Shown here piece by piece: positions 37,117 to 47,033 of a DNA stretch of 64,000 bases; position 1 is the first letter of the stretch; the number at the start of each line of letters is the position of its first letter. This stretch comes from an uncultured Alphaproteobacteria bacterium. GTDB taxonomy: Bacteria > Pseudomonadota > Alphaproteobacteria > Rhizobiales > Xanthobacteraceae. The stretch covers positions 3,367-67,366 of the forward strand of contig CAWGBH010000004.1 of the NCBI GenBank assembly GCA_963820805.1. The letters are read 5' to 3'. The notes under the pieces were generated by a model. The model ran no database searches. It was not told the origin of the DNA and worked only from the letters and a program-made list of their open reading frames with translations. Made by a program: the position numbers and the translations under genes.

Positions 37117-37320
37117 ATGCGTAGGCGTGATGTGCAGATCGACCGATTGGTCGGTCTCGTTTTAGCCGTGGTATTATTTTTCGCGTTTCCCGCTTTTGTC
37201 ATTTTCGGCGCCCAAAATTGTGCCGATAGAAAGTCGGGTATTGCATGCGCGACAGTCAAGTTCATGTTCAATGACGGACCTTCGACCGCGCGGTTCGCTA
37301 AAGCAAAGCTTGCGCAATAG
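37117..37320 (+). CDS. Small single-TM hypothetical protein
   Basis: MRRRDVQIDRLVGLVLAVVLFFAFPAFVIFGAQNCADRKSGIAC... Weak support only. Confidence 0.3.
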   Translation: MRRRDVQIDRLVGLVLAVVLFFAFPAFVIFGAQNCADRKSGIACATVKFMFNDGPSTARFAKAKLAQ

Positions 37321-37505
37321 ACGGTTTAACGCGCTAATATCTCGCTGGCCTCCCGCAATAAACTCATCAATAAATACGTTTTAAGCAGCCACTTCACGCC
37401 CTCGCCGGAATTCCCGTCGGGCGGACACGCCTTGTTAATTCCGCACGGCGATGGAACACTCTTCGGCAAGAATCCGCGGTGGGGCAAAGCATTGGGGGAA
37501 ATTTG

Positions 37506-38480
37506 ATGTCGCGTTGTCGCGTCTTGAGGGCCGTTCTCTTGGCCCTGGCATTTTCCATTTTGTTGGCGGTGCCGGCCAGCGCTCAGGCTTATCCAAGCCG
37601 AAACATCACGCTCGTTGTCGGTTTCGCTGCCGGAGGAGTCGCTGACAGCATCGGTCGCCTCGTTGGCCAGAAGCTTGGCGAGCGGTTGGGCCAGACGGTT
37701 GTTGTCGAGAACCACGGCGGAGCGGGTGGGAACATCGCCGCCAAAAGCGTGGCCGGATTGGCAGCTGACGGCTACACCATCCTGGTGACGACGACCGCGC
37801 TCGCGATCAACGAGACGCTGCATAAAAACAAGGGCTTCTCCGCGGGCGATTTCAAGTGCGTCGCGATCGCCGCCTCAAGCCCAGAATCGCTCTCCGTGCC
37901 GGCCACCATGCAAGTCAGCAACATCGGCGAATTCCTTAAGGCGATGCAGGGAAAGCCAATCAATTTCGGCAGTGCCGGGGCGGGTAGCGGCTCGCACATT
38001 GCGGCCGAGTATTTCTTGAAGGAACTCGCGAAAGTATCTGCGACCCATGTGCCGTTTCAGGGTGGCGCCCCAGCCATGAATGCGGCGATTGCGGGCCACA
38101 TCGACCTCCTCGCGGCGACCGTCGGCGGCGGCGTCGCGGCGCAGATCAATGCGGGAAGGCTTAAAGGGGTTGCTATGGCTAGCGAGAAGCGAATCGCAGT
38201 TACCCCTGACGTGCCGACCTTTGCCGAGGGTGGTTTTCCCAACTTCACGGCTGCCTCTTGGGTCGGCTTCTTCGTGCCGGCGAAGACCTCTCCCGAGGTA
38301 ATCGCTAAGCTCCATGACGCGATTGATGCGATCGTCAGGCAGGCTGACATCCAGCAGCGGCTCGCATCTCTGGGCTTTGATCCGGTTACGGGCACGCAGA
38401 GTGAAGCGCAGACGATGTTCACGTCCGAGGTTGCGAAGTGGGGAAAGATGGTCACGGCGCTCGGGCTAGCAGTAAATTGA
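37506..38480 (+). CDS. Bug-family (TctC-like) substrate-binding protein
   Basis: Signal peptide, then YPSRNITLVVGFAAGGVADSIGRL...VVENHGGAGG. Confidence 0.9.
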   Translation: MSRCRVLRAVLLALAFSILLAVPASAQAYPSRNITLVVGFAAGGVADSIGRLVGQKLGERLGQTVVVENHGGAGGNIAAKSVAGLAADGYTILVTTTALAINETLHKNKGFSAGDFKCVAIAASSPESLSVPATMQVSNIGEFLKAMQGKPINFGSAGAGSGSHIAAEYFLKELAKVSATHVPFQGGAPAMNAAIAGHIDLLAATVGGGVAAQINAGRLKGVAMASEKRIAVTPDVPTFAEGGFPNFTAASWVGFFVPAKTSPEVIAKLHDAIDAIVRQADIQQRLASLGFDPVTGTQSEAQTMFTSEVAKWGKMVTALGLAVN

Positions 38481-38492
38481 GCGGGATGAGTT

Positions 38493-39218
38493 ATGGGCAA
38501 TATGGAGAACGAAGATCCCTGGTCCTGGATGCAGCCCTATGACGTGCGCCGGTTCGGCGAGGTCATCATGGATACGAAGGAGCAGGAGCGCTGGTGTCGC
38601 GCGGTACTGCTCGGTGGCCTACCTTTTATGTGGCGCAAGGCCGAGGTCGCGCGCAACCTGATTTACGACCGCCTCGAATTACGCGAAGGCGACAAGGTGC
38701 TCATCATCGGCGAATGCATCGAATCCTGTGGCTTCATCGACGACGTTCGCGGTCGGATCGGGCCGCGTGGCGAAATCAAGGTATTCGACATAACTGACGA
38801 GGCACGGGACAACTATATCGCCAAGAGGCGTGGCCGTCGTGGCCAGCTCGCGACGTGGGAATGGACCTACACGCGCGAAATCCCAGACGGCAACTTCGAC
38901 TGCGCGGTCTGTCTGCAGGGTGTGCAGCACACCGACGACTGGCGCGAGACCGGCGCGGAAATGCTGCGTGTCATGAAGCGCGGCCGTAATATCGTGTTGG
39001 CCGAGATCGCTTATAGCCCGGAGACGCGGATGAAAATCGGGCTCGACATGCACATCGAGTACGTCTTCGACAAATTACTCGCGAGGGTTGGCTGGAAGTT
39101 GGAGGAGTTCCCCTATTACAGCCCGCAAGACCTGGCATCGGCTTTCAAAGGCCAGGTCGTCGATCCGGACTACTTCGTCTGGAAAGGAATTGAGATTTTC
39201 TGGGGCCGCAAGCCGTAG
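38493..39218 (+). CDS. Hypothetical protein with a class-I methyltransferase-like fold (degenerate Gly loop)
   Basis: GDKVLIIGECIESCGF / EIKVFDI / FDCAVCLQGVQH follow the beta1-beta2-beta4 pattern of SAM-MTases, but no GxGxG is present. Confidence 0.5.
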   Translation: MGNMENEDPWSWMQPYDVRRFGEVIMDTKEQERWCRAVLLGGLPFMWRKAEVARNLIYDRLELREGDKVLIIGECIESCGFIDDVRGRIGPRGEIKVFDITDEARDNYIAKRRGRRGQLATWEWTYTREIPDGNFDCAVCLQGVQHTDDWRETGAEMLRVMKRGRNIVLAEIAYSPETRMKIGLDMHIEYVFDKLLARVGWKLEEFPYYSPQDLASAFKGQVVDPDYFVWKGIEIFWGRKP

Positions 39219-39224
39219 CCATTG

Positions 39225-39650
39225 TCACATAATAAGCTTGCCACGAATATCGATCGCCTTATCGATCTTAATGAGGACGCCAATGCCGGCCTCCGCGCCG
39301 GCATGGGTCTGCTCGCGCGGCAACAGGCTGGCAAAAATAGCTTCACGCACTGAGCCGCTCTCGTGCAGTTCAACGCTGCCAAAGAACCGCAGGAAACCAC
39401 TCTCCAGTACACCATCGCGCTGCGCTTTGAAGTTGGCGTACATCACGCACACACGCTTGTCGTGCGACAGGTTTTCCAGCACGGTGCGCTTGGAGCGCTC
39501 CCACCATGCCAAGTGGGTGTCGTCGAACACGATCATGCTGCCCTTGGGCGTGATGTTTGGTCCTTGCGGCCCGTGCGTTGCGAGCAAACAAGGATAGCCG
39601 TCATCCCAGGCATTACGGATCAGCGTCTTGATAGTGTCAGAGAGCGGCAT
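39225..39650 (-). CDS. Pyridoxamine-5'-phosphate-oxidase-like FMN-binding split-barrel protein
   Basis: MPLSDTIKTLIRNAWDDGYPCLLATHGPQGPNITPKGSMIVFDD... Confidence 0.7.
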   Translation of the reverse strand: MPLSDTIKTLIRNAWDDGYPCLLATHGPQGPNITPKGSMIVFDDTHLAWWERSKRTVLENLSHDKRVCVMYANFKAQRDGVLESGFLRFFGSVELHESGSVREAIFASLLPREQTHAGAEAGIGVLIKIDKAIDIRGKLIM

Positions 39651-39829
39651 AGAGGTGACCTTTGGTTTCCGGACGTAGCGGTATCGCACTGTTTAAGTCT
39701 ATTTTCTAGAAGGGGCGCTCTCGCAAAATGTGTGTTTCGTGAGCACGCTAACGATCAAAGTTATTCAAACGACTGCACTGTGATACAGCTTTCGGGACAG
39801 CCTCGCGGGAACCGGCTCGGAGCAGATTT

Positions 39830-40819
39830 ATGCCGATCTTGTCAGTTCGGATTTGGACGCGCTTTTTAGCAGCCGCTGCAGTCTTTCTTGCAATCATTGT
39901 TCCCGCGGGCGCGGCTGAATATCCGAATCGGCCGATTACGCTCGTGGTGGCATTCCCGCCCGGTGGGCCCAGCGATGTACTTGCTCGTATCGTCGGCAAG
40001 AAGATGGAGCAATTGTTGGGCGCACCGTTTGTGATTGAGAATCGTCCTGGTGCAGGCGGCAACCTTGCAGCCGAGACTGTCGCCCGCGCTACGCCGGATG
40101 GCTACACGCTTTTGATGGGCAACAACAGTATCCTGGCGACCAACGAGAGCTTGTACAAACATCTCAATTTCAGCCCTACGAAGGACTTCTCCCCAATTAC
40201 GCTCATCGGAACGCAGGCGAATATTCTCGTTGTCAATCCCGATGTGCCGGCGCACTCGCTGAAAGAGCTGATCGCGCTAGCGCAGAAAAATCCGGGTAAA
40301 ATCAATTTTGCGTCGTCCGGTTATGGCGCGGCTGCGCATCTCGCGGGCGAACTGTTCAAGTCGGAGGCAAAAATCAACATCGTGCATGTGCCTTACAAGG
40401 GCGCTGCGCCCGCATTACAGGATGTCATTGCCGGACATGACCAGATGATGTTTGCGACTGCCGCCTCGGTAGTAGGGCATATCGAAGGTGGACGTGTGCG
40501 TGCACTTGCTGTGACAACGCTCACGCGCACCCAGATCCTGCCCGACATTCCGACCATGGACGAAGCAGGCCTTAAAGGTTTCGACGCAAGCACGTGGCAT
40601 GGATTGGTCGCGCCCGCCGGCACACCGCCGCAAGTGATCGCGACTCTGCACGATACAGCGATCAAGGCGCTGCACGATCCGGGCGTACAGGCGTCGCTCG
40701 GCAAGCTTGGAGTTGACCTTGTCGGCGATACCCCGAAGGAATTTCAGGCTTATATTGATAGCGAAATTCCGAAATGGACGGCGATTGTCAAAGCCTCTGG
40801 CGCCACGCTGGATCAGTAG
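39830..40819 (+). CDS. Bug-family (TctC-like) substrate-binding protein
   Basis: YPNRPITLVVAFPPGGPSDVLARI...VIENRPGAGGN. Confidence 0.9.
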   Translation: MPILSVRIWTRFLAAAAVFLAIIVPAGAAEYPNRPITLVVAFPPGGPSDVLARIVGKKMEQLLGAPFVIENRPGAGGNLAAETVARATPDGYTLLMGNNSILATNESLYKHLNFSPTKDFSPITLIGTQANILVVNPDVPAHSLKELIALAQKNPGKINFASSGYGAAAHLAGELFKSEAKINIVHVPYKGAAPALQDVIAGHDQMMFATAASVVGHIEGGRVRALAVTTLTRTQILPDIPTMDEAGLKGFDASTWHGLVAPAGTPPQVIATLHDTAIKALHDPGVQASLGKLGVDLVGDTPKEFQAYIDSEIPKWTAIVKASGATLDQ

Positions 40820-40822
40820 CGG

Positions 40823-42151
40823 ATGACCGTAGAGCGACCAAACGGCGCGCTGGCGCGCAATGTGCGGCGGATTGGCCATCTCGATCTCCCAGGGGCGGGG
40901 CAAGTCACCGTCGCGGGCAACTATGCCTATGTTGGACACATCCCGAACAAGGACAATCTCGGAACGTCAGTCGTCGATATTTCGGATCCGAAAAATCCGC
41001 GGTTGGTGGCGGCGATCACGCTCGACGATCCCACCTCCCACAGCCACAAAGTGCGGGTCGCCGGCAATTTGATGGTGGTGAACCACGAGCGCAATCCGAC
41101 GCCGGTCGGCAGACGTGCCGAGCAATTGCCGGGAGTGCGGCGGGAGTTGCGCGAAGCGCTCAACCGTGAGCCAAACCGTGCCGAACTCGCACAAAAGCTT
41201 AGCGTCAGCGAGGCGGATCTTGCTGCCGTTGAGGCGGCCGAGAAGCAGCCTTATCGCAATGGAGGCTTCCGAATTTATGACGTCGGCAATCCTGCTGCGC
41301 CCAAGTTCATTCACCATCAATTGACAGGCGGTATCGGCGTGCACCGCTTCGATATGGACGAGCGTTACGCCTATATCTCAACCGAGATGGATGGCTTCAT
41401 CGGCAATATCCTTGTTATCTACGATCTGCGTAATCCCAAAAGGCCTGATGAAATCTCGCGCTGGTGGATGCCGGGACAAAACCTGGCCGCCGGCGAAAAG
41501 CCTTCATGGTCCGGCAAGCGTCACCGCCTGCATCACGCACTGCGTTTTGGCGACGAAATGTGGGCGAGCTGCTGGCACGGCGGCTTTCGCATCGTCGAGG
41601 TTACCGATCTGAAAAAGCCGAAAACGGTCGCGTCGTATAATTATCATCCGCCCTTTCCGGAGCCGACCCACACCGTCATGCCAGTGCCCGTCAAACTTGG
41701 CGGGCGGCGGATTGCGATTGCCATCGACGAAGAGGATCAAGCGCAAAGTGCTAACGAGGAGCAAGCGCGGCGCGGCAGGCCGCACGCGGGCATGGCGATA
41801 TTCGACGTCAGCGACTACGCAAATGTAAAAGCATTGTCGTTATTCGAGGTCAGCGAACTCGACTCGCCTTTCGCGCGGACACCGGGCGCGCGTTTTGGTG
41901 CGCATCAATTCCACGAACGTATGGCGGGAACACTGGTATTTGCGGTGTGGTTTAGCGCCGGTTTGCGCGTTGTCGATGTCGCTGACCCATCATCACCGCG
42001 AGAGGTCGGCTATTTTATTCCAGAGCCAGTGAGCGGCCGGTCGGCCCCGCAGAGCAACGATGTGATGTTGGATCAGCGCGGGTTGATTTACGTCGTTGAC
42101 CGACACGTCGGCTTCGATGTACTCGAGTTCGATGGCGGTCGCGTGGCCTGA
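40823..42151 (+). CDS. LVIVD-repeat-like beta-propeller protein (hypothetical)
   Basis: Repeated (Y/F)AY(V/I)..., VVDISDPKNPR, RIYDVGNPAAP, VIYDLRNPKRP, RVVDVADPSSP blade signatures. Starts 4 nt after the Bug gene. Confidence 0.6.
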   Translation: MTVERPNGALARNVRRIGHLDLPGAGQVTVAGNYAYVGHIPNKDNLGTSVVDISDPKNPRLVAAITLDDPTSHSHKVRVAGNLMVVNHERNPTPVGRRAEQLPGVRRELREALNREPNRAELAQKLSVSEADLAAVEAAEKQPYRNGGFRIYDVGNPAAPKFIHHQLTGGIGVHRFDMDERYAYISTEMDGFIGNILVIYDLRNPKRPDEISRWWMPGQNLAAGEKPSWSGKRHRLHHALRFGDEMWASCWHGGFRIVEVTDLKKPKTVASYNYHPPFPEPTHTVMPVPVKLGGRRIAIAIDEEDQAQSANEEQARRGRPHAGMAIFDVSDYANVKALSLFEVSELDSPFARTPGARFGAHQFHERMAGTLVFAVWFSAGLRVVDVADPSSPREVGYFIPEPVSGRSAPQSNDVMLDQRGLIYVVDRHVGFDVLEFDGGRVA

Positions 42152-42156
42152 CGCAA

Positions 42157-43671
42157 TTATTCGGGCACGCGGTAAAACGCGGCTGCATCGGCGGTAAAGG
42201 CCTTGCGCGATTCCGGATCGAGATAAAGCATGTGGCCGCCGCGATAGAGCTTGAGTTGCGCCCGCCCCGGCGGATCGAACGCCGGCATGTGATCAAGAAT
42301 ATACCGCGTCATGGCGTAGGGCGTGATCATGTCGGAATAGCCGTGCGCGACCAGCAAACGGAATGACGGGCCGTATGCGAGCAGCACGCGCAGATCCTCT
42401 TCGGTGCCTGCCTGCTGGCGGCCTCCCTGCCAATCCCAGTGGTTCGTTGCTTCACCGGAGAGCAACGCATAGGTCATCTCGGTTTTAAAACCGAGCTCGT
42501 TGCGTGCGTAGGAGCTCATGGCGCCGCCATAGGCGCGCGAGACGGCATCAAGAATTGGGTCGGGTGCGCGGGACGAGCGCCGCTCAGGATAGGGGTCATC
42601 GACAGCGAAGGTCGCATCGTAACGGCTGACGATCTTTCCGTCGGCCCCACGTAGCGTTTTCACATAGGCATTTGCAGCGAACCCGCGCGCTTGCGCCACT
42701 GCGTCGACCGGCACGCCGGATACCTTCGCAACGCGCTCGTAAAACGCGGTAGCTTCTTCGCCCTTAGGGCGCGGACCGGCCAGTGTCACCAAATAGTCTG
42801 TCATTGCAAACTTCTCGGCCGCGGCGAGAGCGTCGAGGCTGAAGGCGTGCTTGCGTTCAAGTTCGGCTGCCGCCAGAGATGGTAACTGTAGCGCCGCCTG
42901 CAGCGCGGATTGGTCATCTCCAAAAGTCAGCCAGCCTTCCAGCAGCGGCGACAGCATGATAATTCCGGACGTTGTGATGCCCTGGTCGCTTTGCAGCGCG
43001 CGTGCCACCTTGGCGGCGCGGAACCCGCCGTAGCTTTCGCCAAAAAGATATTTTGGCGAACCGGCGCGATTATTTTTGGCAACGTAGAGCGCGATTGCCT
43101 TGGCCATCGCGTCGGTGTCGCCGCGGACGCTCCAGAAATGTTTGGCATCGTCCGATTTTGCCGCGCGACTCCATCCGGTTCCGACCGGATCGATCAATAC
43201 AAGGTCCGTGAAATTGAGCCACGTATCCGGATTGTCGCGTAACACCGCACGGGTAGCATCATGAGCATCCGAGCCGAAATCGAGGATGCGCGGGCCGACG
43301 AGACCCAGGTGCAGAAATGCCGAAGCCGCGCCGGGGCCGCCGTTAAATACGAAAGTCAGCGGCCGGTTTGCTTGCTCGTTTTTGGCGATATAGGAGGTGT
43401 AGAAAACCGACGCGCTTTGATCGCCGGATTGGTCGTAAAAAGCCAGCGTGCCGGCAGTTGCCGTATAAGCAAGTTTGCCGGACCGCGTATCAATTGAGTG
43501 CTCGGTGATGGCATCTGTGGGCAGTAGCCGCAGCACGCCTTTGTTCGGCTCGCGACGCTCGGCCGCGTTCGGCTGTGCGCGCTCCTTAGCGGCGTCTTGG
43601 GCGCTCGCAATGGTGAGAGTGCTGGCGAGCGTGATCGCCAGCGCAACACGCAAAATAGAATATCTGCTCAT
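42157..43671 (-). CDS. Secreted S10-family serine carboxypeptidase
   Basis: Signal peptide, FVFNGGPGAASAFLHLGLVGP, and nucleophile motif GESYGG. Confidence 0.8.
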   Translation of the reverse strand: MSRYSILRVALAITLASTLTIASAQDAAKERAQPNAAERREPNKGVLRLLPTDAITEHSIDTRSGKLAYTATAGTLAFYDQSGDQSASVFYTSYIAKNEQANRPLTFVFNGGPGAASAFLHLGLVGPRILDFGSDAHDATRAVLRDNPDTWLNFTDLVLIDPVGTGWSRAAKSDDAKHFWSVRGDTDAMAKAIALYVAKNNRAGSPKYLFGESYGGFRAAKVARALQSDQGITTSGIIMLSPLLEGWLTFGDDQSALQAALQLPSLAAAELERKHAFSLDALAAAEKFAMTDYLVTLAGPRPKGEEATAFYERVAKVSGVPVDAVAQARGFAANAYVKTLRGADGKIVSRYDATFAVDDPYPERRSSRAPDPILDAVSRAYGGAMSSYARNELGFKTEMTYALLSGEATNHWDWQGGRQQAGTEEDLRVLLAYGPSFRLLVAHGYSDMITPYAMTRYILDHMPAFDPPGRAQLKLYRGGHMLYLDPESRKAFTADAAAFYRVPE

Positions 43672-43742
43672 GATGCGTTCGGGACTCCACTAATGCACGC
43701 GCCCCCAAACGTCTGCCCCGGCTCGACCGGCCGGGTAACTCA

Positions 43743-44015
43743 TCAACGGCGGCGGAAGTTCGGCCGGCGCTGCTGCGGAGACGGAGACGGAGCATCGCCC
43801 TTGTGGCGGAAACTGATACGCCCCCGCTGCAGGTCGTAGGGCGACATTTCTACGATCACGCGGTCGCCAACGCCCGTTCGGATACGAAATTTGCGCATCT
43901 TGCCCGCAGTGTAGGCGAGGACTTCATGTTCGTTGTCGAGTTTCACCCGGAAATTGCCGTCCGGAAGAACCTCGGTCACCGTACCGTCGAACTCCAGCAG
44001 TTCTTCTTTCGCCAT
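43743..44015 (-). CDS. infA: Translation initiation factor IF-1 with a basic C-terminal extension (90 aa)
   Basis: [72 protein letters not shown] matches the IF-1 S1 fold, followed by the tail [18 protein letters not shown]. Confidence 0.85.
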   Translation of the reverse strand: MAKEELLEFDGTVTEVLPDGNFRVKLDNEHEVLAYTAGKMRKFRIRTGVGDRVIVEMSPYDLQRGRISFRHKGDAPSPSPQQRRPNFRRR

Positions 44016-44034
44016 CCAGTCGTCTCCAGTTGCC

Positions 44035-45453
44035 TCAGCGTGGGCGGTGGCCAGCATTGCGGCGCGGCTCGCCCGGACGCTGCATAAATGTAACATTTTC
44101 GATGCCGTTTGGCTCCCCCGCTGCAGCCTGCTGGCTGTGCGCGGTATGACCGTTATTGCTTGGGCGGCCTTTGCCGGCATTGTGAGAGCGGTGGCCATTA
44201 TGGCCGGGACGGCCGTGACCGCCGCCATGTCCGCCACCATGTCCACGCGGGCGCTTGCCGCGATGCGGCCGGCCGCCGTGGCGGCCCTCCGCCAATTGCG
44301 GTGCGGCATGTGTCACCGGCTTGCCGGTGCGACGGTCCGTCGCCGGAATCGTCATGCGGATCAGCCGTTCAATATCGCGAAGATAGGCGCGCTCCTCGTG
44401 GTCGCAGAACGAAATCGCTACGCCGTCAGCGCCTGCACGTGCGGTGCGGCCGATACGGTGAACGTAGCTCTCGGGGATATTCGGCAGGTCGTAGTTGACC
44501 ACGTGACTTACGCCATCGACGTCAATGCCACGAGCGGCGATATCCGTTGCAATGAGAGTGCGCAACTTACCGTCACGGAATGCCGCGAGCACACGTTCGC
44601 GCTGATTTTGCGATTTGTTGCCGTGGATTGCTTCGGCGGCGTGGCCGGCTTTTTGCAGGCCGCGAACGACTTTATCGGCGCCGTGCTTGGTGCGAGTGAA
44701 CACCAGGACCCGGTTGGTCTTTTCGGTCTTGAGGACCTCGACCAGTAACGACGGTTTCGAAGCCTTCTCGGTAAGGATGACGCGTTGCTCGATGCGATCG
44801 ACGGTCGAGGCTTGCGGAGTTACCGCCACGCGGGCCGGATCGCGAAGCATCGCATCGGCGAGCCGGGTGATTTCCTGCGGCATGGTGGCCGAGAAGAAAA
44901 GCGTCTGCCGCGCTTTCGGAAGCATGGCGACGATCTTCTTGATGTCGTGGATGAAACCCATATCGAGCATGCGATCGGCTTCGTCGAGTACCAGCACTTC
45001 AATCTGGTCGAGGCGCAGCGCGCGTTGATGAACCAAATCGAGCAGGCGACCCGGCGTTGCGACCAAAACCTCGACGCCGCGGGCAAGGGCACGAACCTGC
45101 CGGTTGATCGGTACACCTCCAATGGCCAATGCTATCTCGAGCGGGCGGAGGTGCCGGCCATAGACGCGGAAGCTATCGGCGATCTGGCTGGACAATTCGC
45201 GCGTCGGCGAAAGTACCAGCACGCGACAGGATTTCTGCGCGGGACGCTGACGCTTCTTGAAAAGGTGGTTCAGGATCGGTAGCGCGAAGGCTGCGGTCTT
45301 ACCGGTTCCCGTCTGCGCGATGCCAATGACATCGCGGCCTTGGACAGCAATCGGAATAGTCTGATCTTGAATGGGCGTGGGGGTGACGTATTTCTCTTCG
45401 GCGAGGGCGCGAAGGATCGGCTCTGCGAGGCCGAAGTCGTTGAATGAAGTCAA
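44035..45453 (-). CDS. DEAD-box ATP-dependent RNA helicase (RhlE-like) with a His/Gly/Arg-rich tail
   Basis: Q motif [40 protein letters not shown]. Tail is ...[22 protein letters not shown]... Confidence 0.9.
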   Translation of the reverse strand: MTSFNDFGLAEPILRALAEEKYVTPTPIQDQTIPIAVQGRDVIGIAQTGTGKTAAFALPILNHLFKKRQRPAQKSCRVLVLSPTRELSSQIADSFRVYGRHLRPLEIALAIGGVPINRQVRALARGVEVLVATPGRLLDLVHQRALRLDQIEVLVLDEADRMLDMGFIHDIKKIVAMLPKARQTLFFSATMPQEITRLADAMLRDPARVAVTPQASTVDRIEQRVILTEKASKPSLLVEVLKTEKTNRVLVFTRTKHGADKVVRGLQKAGHAAEAIHGNKSQNQRERVLAAFRDGKLRTLIATDIAARGIDVDGVSHVVNYDLPNIPESYVHRIGRTARAGADGVAISFCDHEERAYLRDIERLIRMTIPATDRRTGKPVTHAAPQLAEGRHGGRPHRGKRPRGHGGGHGGGHGRPGHNGHRSHNAGKGRPSNNGHTAHSQQAAAGEPNGIENVTFMQRPGEPRRNAGHRPR

Positions 45454-45827
45454 AGAGTTCTCTTTCTTATACGGCGAAGCGGCCGTGCTGCCTATTGCAG
45501 CCGGCGGAATCGCGGGGTTTTTAAAGACATCCCGCGTGGCCAGGGTTGTCGGCTTGTTGGAGAAACGGAAGAGGCGGGGCGAAATTCGTTTTAAAGAGTT
45601 TCGTGCACGCAGCCCGCAAACCCGAGACCGGGTTTTTCATCCGCTGGGGATCATATGACAGCCTCGGATGTCCTTTTCAAGGCATCATCACCCCCTTATT
45701 CCGCCGAATGATGAATAAAGTGGTCGCAGGCATGCCGTTGTCCCCAATGGACAACGCGTGGGAGATCGGGGAATGTCGGCCCGAAAATCCTGTTCTGGGG
45801 CGTATTAGACAGTTTGGAGCCTTCGAA

Positions 45828-47021
45828 ATGACGTTTCCCAGGGCCTCCCAGGCCCTTTCCCGTTTTACCGTCCTCGATCTCACCCGCGTCCGGTCGGGAC
45901 CGACATGCGTACGTCAGCTCGGCGATTGGGGTGCCAATGTCATCAAAATTGAAACGCCGCCGCATCTGGAAAAAGGCGAGGGACCGGGGGGCCCACGGAG
46001 TGGCTCGGATTTCCAGAACCTGCATCGCAATAAGCGAAGTATCACTCTCGACTTGAAATCGCCGCAGGGTCTCGCGGCATTCAAACGCATGGTCGAAAAA
46101 GCCGATGTCGTGGTGGAAAATTTTCGTCCCGACGTGAAGGATCGGCTTGGCATCGACTATGAATCGTTGCGGAAGGTCAACAAGCGCATCATTCTGGCCA
46201 GCATTTCAGGCTTCGGACAGGACGGTCCCTATCGCAGCAGGCCGGGCTTCGATCAGATCGCACAAGGCATGGGCGGGCTGATGTCGATCACTGGCCTCCC
46301 GGGGCAAGGCCCCGTGCGCGTCGGCATTCCGATCGCTGATCTTTCGGCCGGTCTGTTTTGTGCGTTGGGTATCATGGTCGCGCTGCTGGAGCGCGAAGTA
46401 TCCGGCGAGGGCCAGTGGGTCAACACCTCGCTGCTGCAGGCTCAGATCTTCATGCTCGATTTCCAGGCGGCGCGCTGGCTGCAGGATCACGACGTGCCAA
46501 AGCAGGCGGGCAACAATCATCCGACAAGCATTCCGACCGGCGTGTTCAAGACCAAGGACGGCCATATCAACATCGCTTCCACCGGTCAGAAGATGTGGGA
46601 GCGTACCTGCGAATCCATCGCTGCGCCGGAACTCATCAACCATCCTGACTACAAAAGCGGCGCGTTGCGTTCAAAGAACCGAGATGCGCTCAATGCGGCG
46701 ATCGAGGCCAAGACCGTCGGTAAGCCGAGCGCGGAATGGATCGACATCTTCAACAAGGCCGGTGTGCCATGCGGGCCTATCTACTCGGTCGATCAAATGT
46801 TTGCGGATGAGCAGGTCAAACACATCGGCATCGCTCAGAGTGCTCGGCGTCCGGATGGAAGCGAGCAAGTTTTCGTCGGTCAGCCGGTGAATTTGTCTCG
46901 CACCCCAAGTAAGATCGTGGCGACGCCACCGGACCAGGGCCAGCACACCGACGAGGTGCTCAGGGAGTTCGGCTTCGCCGACAAAGATATCGCCGAGCTG
47001 CATGCAGCCAAAGCGGTTTAA
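45828..47021 (+). CDS. Family III (CaiB/BaiF) CoA-transferase
   Basis: LSRFTVLDLTRVRSGPTCVRQLGDWGANVIKIE...NKRSITLDLK... Start set at MTFPRAS, preceded by TGGAG. Confidence 0.9.
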   Translation: MTFPRASQALSRFTVLDLTRVRSGPTCVRQLGDWGANVIKIETPPHLEKGEGPGGPRSGSDFQNLHRNKRSITLDLKSPQGLAAFKRMVEKADVVVENFRPDVKDRLGIDYESLRKVNKRIILASISGFGQDGPYRSRPGFDQIAQGMGGLMSITGLPGQGPVRVGIPIADLSAGLFCALGIMVALLEREVSGEGQWVNTSLLQAQIFMLDFQAARWLQDHDVPKQAGNNHPTSIPTGVFKTKDGHINIASTGQKMWERTCESIAAPELINHPDYKSGALRSKNRDALNAAIEAKTVGKPSAEWIDIFNKAGVPCGPIYSVDQMFADEQVKHIGIAQSARRPDGSEQVFVGQPVNLSRTPSKIVATPPDQGQHTDEVLREFGFADKDIAELHAAKAV

Positions 47022-47033
47022 GGAGTGTAGGGA

